Positions 17,841 through 28,100 of a stretch of DNA of 64,000 nucleotides are shown here, one piece after another (within the stretch, counting starts at the first letter, position 1; every line of letters begins with the position of its first letter). The stretch lies in the IMG/VR virus record IMGVR_UViG_3300042375_000420, positions 381-64,380 of that record; one strand, written 5' to 3'. The DNA comes from a virus. Taxonomy: Duplodnaviria > Caudoviricetes. The translations under genes were made by a program, and so were the position numbers. The notes under the pieces were generated by a model. That model had not been told where the DNA came from and did no database searches. It saw only the letters and a list, made by a program, of their open reading frames with translations.

Positions 17841-17901
17841 CAAAAATGTTTGTTATTTGTTACAAAATACCTGTTTTTCACTTAAAATACCTACATTTCA
17901 C

Positions 17902-18069
17902 ATGAAACCAATTCACAAATTTAATAATGGTAATGGTGCCATGCTTTGCAATGTCTGCAGAACAATAATTTCTGTAGGTAAACCTACTAATGTTCTACTT
18001 TGTGATAAGTGTCACAATGAGAGAATTAAAACAGATCAAGAGTTTAAAGCAATAATCAAAAAGAAATAA
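17902..18069 (+). CDS. Small zinc-finger protein
   Basis: KFNNGNGAMLCNVC...LCDKC (two CxxC); ATG start at 17902. Confidence 0.6.
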   Translation: MKPIHKFNNGNGAMLCNVCRTIISVGKPTNVLLCDKCHNERIKTDQEFKAIIKKK

Positions 18070-18398
18070 TGACAAGACAAGAAATTTTAGCATTACCCAT
18101 TTTTCCCAAATACTTGGTAGAAACTTTTGGTGATGAAGTTAGGCATTCTAGTGCAGTATATATGCACTATGACAAAGAAAAATGTGTAGAGGTATTATTA
18201 CAGCCTGTAGTAAATACTCATATAATGTGTAAAGGAGTAAAGGAGCAATTCTTTTTAGACAGTCATTTAAAACATTGTCTTATGTTTTCTAAATATGGTA
18301 TTATAACTCCTGAACACAGAGAGTTATTACCTTGTATAGATACTATGTTTAAAGATAGTCCAGACTTTCTACACACTTTACATTACCAATATCCATAA
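18069..18398 (+). CDS. Hypothetical protein
   Basis: Coupled ORF, last gene of the + strand block. Confidence 0.55.
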   Translation: MTRQEILALPIFPKYLVETFGDEVRHSSAVYMHYDKEKCVEVLLQPVVNTHIMCKGVKEQFFLDSHLKHCLMFSKYGIITPEHRELLPCIDTMFKDSPDFLHTLHYQYP

Positions 18399-18437
18399 AA
18401 AAAGAGTAAGGCTTATACCTTACTCTTTTCTTTTTTT
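18397..18437. terminator. Bidirectional intrinsic terminator between the converging modules
   Basis: A-run, AAAAGAGTAAGG-cttata-CCTTACTCTTTT, T-run. Confidence 0.8.
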
Positions 18438-18481
18438 CCATTATAACTGTTAAAATCCTCACTTTAGGTCTTTTTTTTCCA

Positions 18482-19375
18482 CTATAAGAAATTTTTAGAC
18501 TGAAATTTTAGCATGAGTACATAAGAAGCATTACTTATCTCATAAGTATGTTGACAAGGTTGGCACTTCATTACCCTCTTTACAGTACCTGCTGGAGTAG
18601 ATAGCATTTTTAAATAGTCAATTTTCTCAGAACCACAAGAAGGACAACTGAACTTAATTTTTCCATCAAGAACCCCTTGATGTGTATTTTGTTTAAAGTA
18701 GTTTTTCATTTCTTGGTAAACAGCTTCTAGAACTAAAACATCCTGATCACAGTATTGTCCCATAGTTTCTAAAGCTTCAAAATTATTCTTCATTACTTCT
18801 TTCCATAAGTCATATCCTCCTGTTTCCATTTTGGCACCAACATTAAGAAACTTAGCAATGTAGTCTAATTTATTTGAATTAAAGTAAAAACCAGACTTGG
18901 CTTTTTTAAGAGTATCTAAACTCCTATAAGCAGGAAACATAGGTATCCTGTGAAAAATACATCTGGTTCTTAGCCACTTAATGTCAAACCTATCTCCATT
19001 ATGAGCTATTACCTCATCTGCTTGATTAAGGACTTTTAAGAAGTCAATAATCATCTGTTTATCACACTGAGATTTGTCCCAACTAAGTCTATGAATTTTA
19101 GGTTTGTTTTCCCATTTATAAGAGACACAGATTATTCTTCTTTCTTCTATAATACTTTCAGGAGTAACAGTAATATTCCAACCAGCTCTCCAAGTATATA
19201 CAATATTAGGAGAAGTTTCAATGTCAAAGAAAAGTCTTTTAATATCAGATTGGTCTTCTCTTAGAGTTAAGAGTTGTTCTAATTTTGCTCCTGATAGTCT
19301 ATACCTATTATGGGCATGAATTGGAAGATCAAGAGCTTTAATTTCATGGGGTTTTAATCTAAGAGGTTTGTTCAT
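18482..19375 (-). CDS. RNase H-fold DEDD 3'-5' exonuclease (RNase_H_2/YprB-like) with C-terminal zinc ribbon
   Basis: FFDIETSP (ExoI), AHNGDRFD (ExoII), YCDQDV (ExoIII), CPSC...CQPC. Confidence 0.85.
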   Translation of the reverse strand: MNKPLRLKPHEIKALDLPIHAHNRYRLSGAKLEQLLTLREDQSDIKRLFFDIETSPNIVYTWRAGWNITVTPESIIEERRIICVSYKWENKPKIHRLSWDKSQCDKQMIIDFLKVLNQADEVIAHNGDRFDIKWLRTRCIFHRIPMFPAYRSLDTLKKAKSGFYFNSNKLDYIAKFLNVGAKMETGGYDLWKEVMKNNFEALETMGQYCDQDVLVLEAVYQEMKNYFKQNTHQGVLDGKIKFSCPSCGSEKIDYLKMLSTPAGTVKRVMKCQPCQHTYEISNASYVLMLKFQSKNFL

Positions 19376-19394
19376 AATAGGTGGATTATGTTAA

Positions 19395-22300
19395 TTATTT
19401 AGGTCTTTTCATTTGTGCTTCATTAAACTTAGTTCTTTTTGGAACAAATATTTTATCTTCTAAATCTCTATCTAAATTTTCTGTTCTAATTATTTTAGCA
19501 GCTTCAAGTTTTACTTGCTTTTTAAATAGGGTCATAGTAGCTACAGGTACATCATCTATAGACTCATACCTCCAAGCTCTTAAGATATTTTCTTGAGCAA
19601 TAGGCATCTTAATAGCTAGTTCTGCCTTATAAGTTGTTGTAGATTTTTTGAAATCTGTAGTTCTAGTCCAATCTTTAACTAAAGATTTTTTACTTCTCTC
19701 ATCTTCTGTGATACTTTCAAAACCAGCTCTCCAACCTCTAAAAGGATCTGTAATTCCTCCTTCAGCTCCTAACTGTCTAACAGTGGCAGGTAAAAGAGAA
19801 GCTCTCATAAATTTAGAAGTCTTAGTTTGACCAGCATTTTTACCTGTCTTAATGATGTCTTCTTCTTCAGGTCTATTTAAAGCTTGGAAAAGTTTAACAA
19901 TAGAATCAAAAGAACCTTCTAAAGTATTTTTAGAACCAAAAGTTGTAGCTAGAATAGTAGGGTCTAAACAAGTATTAGTCTCTTGAAACATTCTTTCTAA
20001 GGCATTAGCAGCAAAATTAAAATAAGGATGTTCTTCTCTAAGTTTTTCTTGTTGTATTAACCATCTTCTTCTTTGTTCTGACCCTTCTTCACCTTTCTTT
20101 TCTTTTTCTTCATCAGGAGGGCCAAAAGCAGCTTGAACAGCAAAATGTAATGCAGCTACAGTTAAACTGTATTGTAAATTTCTTGCCACATCTCTGGCAG
20201 CTAAGGCAGAAGTTTTTTGATTTAACTTACTTTCATCTAATCCTAGATACTTTTCACTTCCTGAAATTAATTCTCTACCTGCAATCATGTTAATAGGAGT
20301 TGCAGGAGTTCTTAATAAAGTTTGAAGTACAAACATTGCTTGTTTTTGCCAAGTAATTACAAAATCATCAGTATCAGGAACTAAGTTTCTTTTAGCAGCC
20401 TTACTTCTAGCAATATTTTTAGCTATACCTGCTCCTGCTAAACCTACCCCAACTATAAGAGGAAAAAATGGAGTTGCAGAACTAAACATACCTACAGCAG
20501 CAGTTGCTCCAAGTAAAAATCCTGACCCTCCAGTAGTTTTTCCAGTGATAGCTTCCCACATAAAACCTTTTTCAACAGTTCCTTTCTTTATGTTTTTTTG
20601 TTCTCCTCTCCATCTAGAACCTATGTATCTAGGCAACCAAGTTTTATATAACATAAAAGGGGCCATTAAAACATTACCCTTAATTCTTGTAACTCCTGTA
20701 TGAGAATAATCTCCATTTAATTCTTCAAGAGCTTCTTTAGTATCTGCCTTCCAATCTAAAAAAGATCCTGATGACATAGACAAAAGCATTTCTTTATTTT
20801 CAGGAGTATCAAATTCTGGCAATAATTCTAAATTTCCATCTTTAATAGTGTAACCATTAAAATTACTTCCTGTAAATAAAGGAACTTCATTACCATTTAT
20901 ATCTTTTATTTTAAGACCTGTAGCCATACAAAGAATACCAAGAGTTTGATTGGAATCTTCTGCCCATTTCATTAATCCCATAGGATATAAGACATTAAAT
21001 TTTTGTCTTAACTTTCCTTCAGCTCTTTCAAGTTCAGAAGTACCATCATTAATTAAAGATAATCTATCAATAAAAAGTCTAAGAATATCTGACTCTTTTT
21101 GCCAATCTCCACTTACATATTTCATCATAGGTTTCTTATGTAAGAAAGAACTACAAGCATAAACACTGCCCTTAGGCCAATACTTACCATCTCTATTGAC
21201 ACAAGCAGACCACCCATTTATTTTATTAAACATTTGGGCAGGAATATTTAAAGCTAAGTTTTTAGCTATGGCTAATTTCATAGCAATAGCCTTATAAATA
21301 GTAGATAAAAAATAATCATTACCCAACATTTCCATAGTTCTTTCTAAAGAAAGTCTATCAGTTTCTTCATCTTCAGTTAAGTTATCAAAACCTTTGTTTT
21401 TAAGATTGGTCCAATTTCTTAGAGCTTCCCTATAAGTAGCTTTTTGGTCACTTGTAAAATATTTATAAAACATTCTGGAATTACTAAAAGGTTTTCCAGT
21501 CATTTTTCTATCCCAAGCAATTAAAGTTTCACTTATATTTCCGTATTCTTTTTTACCTTTCTTATTTAACAATAATTGATCATAAAAGAATTTCTGTCTA
21601 GCCATTTCATTAGGTCTGTCTCTTCCTAAAGCATCTTTAATATTCATAGACTCTTCCATATAAAGTCTAACCTTATCTTTAGCTTCAGCTCTTGCTTTAT
21701 GAACAGCAGAAAACTCTAAAGCAGCTTTAACTACTAGTGCTAAGTCTGTTTTATTATCTCCTTTATTATCAAAACTAACTTCAGTAGGTGTTATAATAGT
21801 ATTATTATCTCCAAATTCTTGACTTGTACCTGATAACTGTTCTCCTAGAAAACTTCTTACAGGGGCTAAAGTTACTCCTGCTTTTAGTAATTTAAGAACT
21901 TCAGGCAAAGAACTAGGCAAACCTTGTTTTATAGTTGCTAACCAACCTTTATCAAGAAGAGTATCAGTAATAGTCTTTTTGAAAGAAGGTAAATCTCCAG
22001 TTGTTACAAATACTCCTGAACCTCTTAAGTTATCTTCTATTTGATAAACCCCTTTTCTTATAGCTGTATATAAAGCTAAAATATCAGGATTATTTGCAAT
22101 CTTATCAAATTGAGAATCAAAGTAATCAGTTGGGTTTCCTTGTAAATCTGCTTTTCTAGGGATATAAGTATTATAAGTTAATTTGGCTGTTGCAGTGTTG
22201 GCTTGAGTCCCTGCACTATAAGCAACCATATTTCCTCCATTTAACTTATAGTTTTCTGTAAACTTTAAAGGATTAGACCTTGCTTCAAAGATTGTTATAT

Positions 22301-25118
22301 TTTTTTGACTTTCAGGACTTAAGTCTGTGACTACACTTTTTCCTTCTTGGTCTAATTTGTATTGAGTATAGTTGTTTAAATCTTGAAGAAAAGCATCTAG
22401 ATTATTTCTTTGAGTTTCTATGATATTTTCATACTCAATTTGACCTATTTTATCTATTAATTGGGTCTTATAAGCAGTAGCTTGGGCACTTGTACCCAAT
22501 TGATATTTAGAGTAATTTCCTGAACCATCTTCAAGTTCATGTAATAGTCCTATATCAATAAACTCTGTATCATTATTAAGTAAATTAAACTTTTGAGTTA
22601 ATAATTGTTGCTCTAATAACCAGTCTTTATTTTTTATTGCTTGATAGATTTTACTATCTACAGCTACTTTAATAGCTTTTATAAAAGAGTTATAACTGTT
22701 TGAATATTTTTCAATTAACTTATCACTATTTTTACCAGGTTTTACAAATAAACTATAAGTCTCTCCAATAGATTTTAGAGCAGCTTTACCTTTTTCTTCT
22801 GCAATAGAGATTTGAGTCTTGATAGCTGTTTGTATAGCCATAGCCTTACTTTCTTCTATTTCATACTCTAACCTCATCAAGGCATCTAAGATATTATTCT
22901 CTCTTACTAAGTTTTCTCCTGTAGCAAATAAATAACTTTCTATCTTAGTTATATCTCTAAGTTCTTTTTTAAGTTCTTCTCTTATATCCTCTAAAGAATC
23001 TGTTTTATAGATTGATTTAAGTTTAGATTCATGTCTTTCAAGAAGTTCTATTAATACAGTTTCTCCTGCATTTTTAACAAGCATTTGAGCTTTATCTACA
23101 TGAACTCTTACTCCTTCTAACATTTTCAATACTTCTGCTGGATAAGAAGCTTTAATACCTAAAAAGGGAGATAAAGTATTTCCTATATTTTTTTCAATAT
23201 CTCCTTCTTGTGTAGGGTCAGATATTTTTTTCATAAAGTCCAACAAATCTTTAGCTAAGAAATAGTTATCTATTGTTGGATTTTTTAATAATGCTGAAAC
23301 AGTATTGACATCATCTCTAAAGAATCTTTCAATAAGATTAAGTTTATCTACTCCTGGTTCATTAAAATCAAAAATATCTGAAACTAAATTATCTTTAAGA
23401 GTTCTAAACTCTGCAATTTTATTGTCAAATTTAGTGGACTTAAATTTACTCTTTTGAGAGTATAAGTTTTTAAGAGAGTTTTCTACATAAGAGAGCATAG
23501 CTTCCTTTTTTGTAAGGTAAGCATCATAATTAGGTTGAGTAATACCACTAGGAGCACTTCCATTAGTAATAGCAGCTTCTCCTTCTTCAAGTATTTGATC
23601 TTTTAACTCTTCAATTCTTGTCTCAAAATAATTTACAGCTTGTTCTACAGAAGTAAAAGTAACCTTTACAGTTCCTCCAAATTCAGTAGTAGCTAAAACA
23701 GCTCCAGCTTTTTTAACTCCTTCTAATTGTCTAACATAATCTTGAAGTTTTTCAATATTTGTATTTAAGTCTGTAATACCTTCTTGTATTTCTTCTATTT
23801 CTTTATTTTCTTCAGGAGTAAATTGCTCTTCTAAGTGTTGTTCTACAGTTTTGCCATCAATTAATTCAGGGTTATCCATTTCAATAACTTGTTCTTCCTG
23901 AGTATACAAAGCTTCATCTCCATTATAGTAATCTAAATCTCTCTCTGTTTTAGTTTCTTCAGTAAGTCCTTCATTATCCTCTTCAATAGTTTCAGGAAAT
24001 AACTTTAATTGAACAGGCATTGTACCTTGTTGCAATGCTTTACCTGCACTTACTGTATAAGTAAAACTATGTTCTCCTGTATTAGCATTTTCTAATTTAG
24101 AAGTGTATTGAAGTTTATGATCAGTTTGTAAAGCATTATACTTTTTAATTGCTTTACCTTGATTAAAAGATACTGTGTTTGAGAATCTTTTAGTTTGGAA
24201 AGTTTTTCCTAATAAAGAAGAAATACCATTAGCACTAATAGTACCTAAGGTAGGTTTTTCTTTTACAGAAAAAAGAATATGTCCATCATCTATCCCTTTT
24301 TGATACTCTTCATTAGAAGCTAATCTTTCATTAGCATCAGTAAGAATAGTTTCAGCAGCAAAAAAAGCTTGGGCATATATTGAAGAATCTTTAGCTTTAG
24401 TAATACCTAATAGAGAAAGGATATAATCCATAATCTCTTCATAAGCATTTTTAAATTTAGTATTTTCTAAAGCAGGTATTTCTTGAAGAGCCCTAATAAA
24501 CTTAGAATTTGTGTGTATGGCAACCATAAACTCATCTATAGTGTGAGTGGCATAGGTTCCTTCTCTGGTTTCTGTATTATATTCTTCAAAAAAAGGTTTT
24601 ACATAGTCATAGAGTTCTTCAAAATGTTTAGCATTAGTTGTATCATTTCTCAATTCCTTATAAGACATTGCATGAAGGATTTCATGTAGAATTGTTACTC
24701 CTCCATTTGTAAATCCCATAGAAGAATTAATAGTAATATTATGACTGCCAGGAAAATAACTACCTAAAGCTTGATTTTCATCTTCATTAGCAACTAGAGT
24801 TGAAGTAGACTTATCTAATAACTTTGAGTATTTTTCTAAGTGTTTAGCAACTTTAAAAAGAGGGTGAGAACTCTCTGCTAAAGAACTAAGTAAATCAGAA
24901 GTTTTAACAGTCCCTTCAGGGTTAAAATAATCTGGCTGAAAAAATCCTTTTACACTATTAAACTCTTTAACTCTTAAGTCTCCAACAGTAGGAAAATTAT
25001 CTAATCCATTAACTTCTTGCCACAAAGAAACCTTTGCAGCAAGAATTATAGGATTTAATTTGGCTTCAGCACTTAATTTTTTAAACTCTTTAGTGTTAGT
25101 ATTTACACAATTTGCCAT
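19395..25118 (-). CDS. Large virion/ejected protein with zincin-like metallopeptidase domain
   Basis: 1907 aa; TILHEILH...DEF near the N-terminus; hydrophobic segments near the C-terminus; directly downstream of the vRNAP. Confidence 0.7.
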   Translation of the reverse strand: MANCVNTNTKEFKKLSAEAKLNPIILAAKVSLWQEVNGLDNFPTVGDLRVKEFNSVKGFFQPDYFNPEGTVKTSDLLSSLAESSHPLFKVAKHLEKYSKLLDKSTSTLVANEDENQALGSYFPGSHNITINSSMGFTNGGVTILHEILHAMSYKELRNDTTNAKHFEELYDYVKPFFEEYNTETREGTYATHTIDEFMVAIHTNSKFIRALQEIPALENTKFKNAYEEIMDYILSLLGITKAKDSSIYAQAFFAAETILTDANERLASNEEYQKGIDDGHILFSVKEKPTLGTISANGISSLLGKTFQTKRFSNTVSFNQGKAIKKYNALQTDHKLQYTSKLENANTGEHSFTYTVSAGKALQQGTMPVQLKLFPETIEEDNEGLTEETKTERDLDYYNGDEALYTQEEQVIEMDNPELIDGKTVEQHLEEQFTPEENKEIEEIQEGITDLNTNIEKLQDYVRQLEGVKKAGAVLATTEFGGTVKVTFTSVEQAVNYFETRIEELKDQILEEGEAAITNGSAPSGITQPNYDAYLTKKEAMLSYVENSLKNLYSQKSKFKSTKFDNKIAEFRTLKDNLVSDIFDFNEPGVDKLNLIERFFRDDVNTVSALLKNPTIDNYFLAKDLLDFMKKISDPTQEGDIEKNIGNTLSPFLGIKASYPAEVLKMLEGVRVHVDKAQMLVKNAGETVLIELLERHESKLKSIYKTDSLEDIREELKKELRDITKIESYLFATGENLVRENNILDALMRLEYEIEESKAMAIQTAIKTQISIAEEKGKAALKSIGETYSLFVKPGKNSDKLIEKYSNSYNSFIKAIKVAVDSKIYQAIKNKDWLLEQQLLTQKFNLLNNDTEFIDIGLLHELEDGSGNYSKYQLGTSAQATAYKTQLIDKIGQIEYENIIETQRNNLDAFLQDLNNYTQYKLDQEGKSVVTDLSPESQKNITIFEARSNPLKFTENYKLNGGNMVAYSAGTQANTATAKLTYNTYIPRKADLQGNPTDYFDSQFDKIANNPDILALYTAIRKGVYQIEDNLRGSGVFVTTGDLPSFKKTITDTLLDKGWLATIKQGLPSSLPEVLKLLKAGVTLAPVRSFLGEQLSGTSQEFGDNNTIITPTEVSFDNKGDNKTDLALVVKAALEFSAVHKARAEAKDKVRLYMEESMNIKDALGRDRPNEMARQKFFYDQLLLNKKGKKEYGNISETLIAWDRKMTGKPFSNSRMFYKYFTSDQKATYREALRNWTNLKNKGFDNLTEDEETDRLSLERTMEMLGNDYFLSTIYKAIAMKLAIAKNLALNIPAQMFNKINGWSACVNRDGKYWPKGSVYACSSFLHKKPMMKYVSGDWQKESDILRLFIDRLSLINDGTSELERAEGKLRQKFNVLYPMGLMKWAEDSNQTLGILCMATGLKIKDINGNEVPLFTGSNFNGYTIKDGNLELLPEFDTPENKEMLLSMSSGSFLDWKADTKEALEELNGDYSHTGVTRIKGNVLMAPFMLYKTWLPRYIGSRWRGEQKNIKKGTVEKGFMWEAITGKTTGGSGFLLGATAAVGMFSSATPFFPLIVGVGLAGAGIAKNIARSKAAKRNLVPDTDDFVITWQKQAMFVLQTLLRTPATPINMIAGRELISGSEKYLGLDESKLNQKTSALAARDVARNLQYSLTVAALHFAVQAAFGPPDEEKEKKGEEGSEQRRRWLIQQEKLREEHPYFNFAANALERMFQETNTCLDPTILATTFGSKNTLEGSFDSIVKLFQALNRPEEEDIIKTGKNAGQTKTSKFMRASLLPATVRQLGAEGGITDPFRGWRAGFESITEDERSKKSLVKDWTRTTDFKKSTTTYKAELAIKMPIAQENILRAWRYESIDDVPVATMTLFKKQVKLEAAKIIRTENLDRDLEDKIFVPKRTKFNEAQMKRPK

Positions 25119-25120
25119 AA

Positions 25121-28100
25121 TTAATTACATTTTTTAATTTTGTCTTGTTCTTCTTGGCTTAGGTTATCCCATTCTTCTTGAGTAATACCTAGATTTTCTA
25201 TAGAAGTATCAAAGGTAGTTAAATTATTTGAAATCATAGCTTCTCCTTCTTCTTCAAATAGTTTAGTTTGATTCTTATCAACAAACTCTTCAGGAACTTC
25301 TTTAATTATTCTATCTGCAAAATGAGAAATAATATCATCATTTATATAGTAAGTGTCAGAAAAATTATACCAAGCTTCTACAATTTTTGCTCCTTCTATA
25401 GGATTGTCTCTTAAAAACTCAAGTTCTGCAATAGCTATGTCTTCTCCCCATTTATCTTGAGCATACTCAAAAGCTGCAGGACCATACTCTTTCTTAAATA
25501 ATTCTTCTACTTCTTCATTTGTGACTTCTTCATTTTTGAGTTTATCATCATATTTATTCCAGTCAAAACTTTCTCCATACATCCCAGCTTCTTTTAATTG
25601 ACTTAATCCCATTAAAGTCTTAGTATCTACAGAAGTATCTTCATCTAATACAATAGTAGCAGGTAATTTTTGATTAATTCTTTCATTTAAAGGCACTTCA
25701 ATACTCTTACCATAAGTAATCACTACATTAGCATTAGGAAGTGAAGTTTGTGTGACTGTTTTAGTAGGTACTTTAGCTCTTTCTTCTTGAATAAATTTCA
25801 TTGAAGCTAAGATTGATGCTCTAGCTACAGAATCTTCTTTTAATCCTGGGAAAATTTGATCTAACATAGTTACAAAGAAGTCTTCAATTTTATTTAAAAT
25901 AGATTTACCTGATTGTAAATAAGGTACCCCTTTAAATTCTTTTTGAAAATCTTCTGAAGTCATAGCCACAGAAACAAACTCAAATACATTAGTAAGACCA
26001 TAAATTACATTAAGTTCTCTATCTGTAAATTCTATTTTAGGGTTGCCTTTAACAGAATTATGAGCTATTTTATTCTCCAAAGCTTTCACTTCTCCTTCAT
26101 ATACTTTTCTTGCAGCATTATATGCTTGGAAAAGACTTTCTACATGAGGAGGAATAAATACATCAGTTCTTGTTTTTGTACCACTATTATCAAAATACTC
26201 TGTTAAGTGACTTACAGCAACTGAATGAAGTATTTCATGTATGATTAACTCAGAACCTTTTTCTTTAGACATTTGAGAAAACTTATCTGCATCTATGGAA
26301 ATAAGTATTTTACCTTGTGAATCAGGTCTAGAAGTAAATCCTGCTGCTCCTTTTTTCTCATACAAAGTATTAGAAAGTTGAATATTAACTAACCCTTCTT
26401 TTAATAAAGGAGTCAACCACTTAGCAGTCTCAGCCAAGAATTTCTGATCTTCAGAAAAGTTCAAGTTTTGGATTTGCTCAAGCAATGCTTCTGGAGTAGT
26501 TAAACCATCCATAGTAATTGCTTCTAAGATTTTAGTTTCTTCTATTATTTCAGGAACTTGTTCAATAGTTCCACTAGTGTTAAAAATAGAAGTAACTTCA
26601 TTTTGCTTATAAGAGTATTCTTTAATACCTGACTGACCTACAGTATCTATTCTTCTGTATTGATTCATCCCCACATTTTCATATAGATTTGAAACTTTTA
26701 CACCTTCTTGTATAGTATCATAAGTAATAAACTTAGGTGATTTACCTTGTTTAGTTTCATAAAGTAAAGCCCCTTCTTCAGTAAATTTAACATTTTTAGA
26801 CCAAGCTCTTTTAGCTTTTCTAGGGTTATTTTGAAAGTACTGTCTTGTGAAAGAAGCAATATCAGTTTCTTGAATACCTAAAGCTTTGTCAAAGAAAGTT
26901 GGAGAGTTTTCTCTATTATTAAACATCTGTAACTTTCTATTAATAGGTACAAAGACTTCTTTTCCTCCTTTATTTTCTATTTGTCCCATTACTTCCATTA
27001 GCTGAACAGGGATAAACTTACTAAATTGAGTAGCTTCTTGTACTCCTCCTTCAAGGAAAGAATATGCAACTAAGTCTTCTCCTAATTGTCTAGTAGAATA
27101 TGGTTTACCATTTCTAGGAGGCAAAGGAAGATTAGAAAGAATCAACTCTGGAATAGCATTATAAAGAATCTCTTCATCTAAGTTGTCTGTAGCAGTATTA
27201 TTATACTTGATTAAAGAAAGTTCTCCTTCAGCACCTGTTGTATAAGAGAATCTAGAATACAAAGCATTTTTCAATACAGCATTTACACCTCTTTTGTTAG
27301 TTACAGAACCTGCTAAATCTCTTAAATAAGTTGAAATAGAAGTATTAGTATCTGAGTCTACAAAAGTTTCTTGTCTTTTTGCTTTAGTTTCTCCTATGTA
27401 AGTATTGTTATTAGGATTAGAATTGATATATTTTATCATCTCTTCCATAATTTTATGGAATTCTTTTATATAAGTACTATCAGCCATTGTCTCTGGGTCT
27501 AAACCTTGAGACAATAAAATTTGATTAATTACAGATTTAATACCTACATCCTCATAAGGGAAGAAACTCTTAAATAAAGTATTTCCAGTTTGTAAACCAT
27601 GGATAGTTATGTGACCTTGAGGAGTATTAGGAGTTACATAGTAACCACCAATTTTATACATGTTTTCAGTTATAACTGCTGGATTTTTTTCAAATTCTCC
27701 TAAAAGTTTACTTATATTTTTAATAGGACTATCAGGAAAATTAGCTAAGGCTCTATATGAAACACTAGATTCAACTAAAGATTTACCTAATTCATTAGTA
27801 TTTAACACTTTCTGAGCTTTAGAAACATTTCTAGCATGTTTATCTAAATCTAAAAAGGTAATTAAAGCATCAACTTGTACCATACTATTAGAAGCTCCTT
27901 GACTAGCAATACCATCATACATAGTTTGGCCTGTCAAAGATTTACCTGGTTTGTAAACAAGACCAGTAGAAACATATCTAAAAGTAGTTATGTTTTTAGG
28001 GTCAATAGCAGACATACTCTTATCCTTACCAAATGTAATAATAGGGTTATTATTGCTATCTACACTTAGTCTTTCAACAGTTTCTTTTTTCAACTTACTT

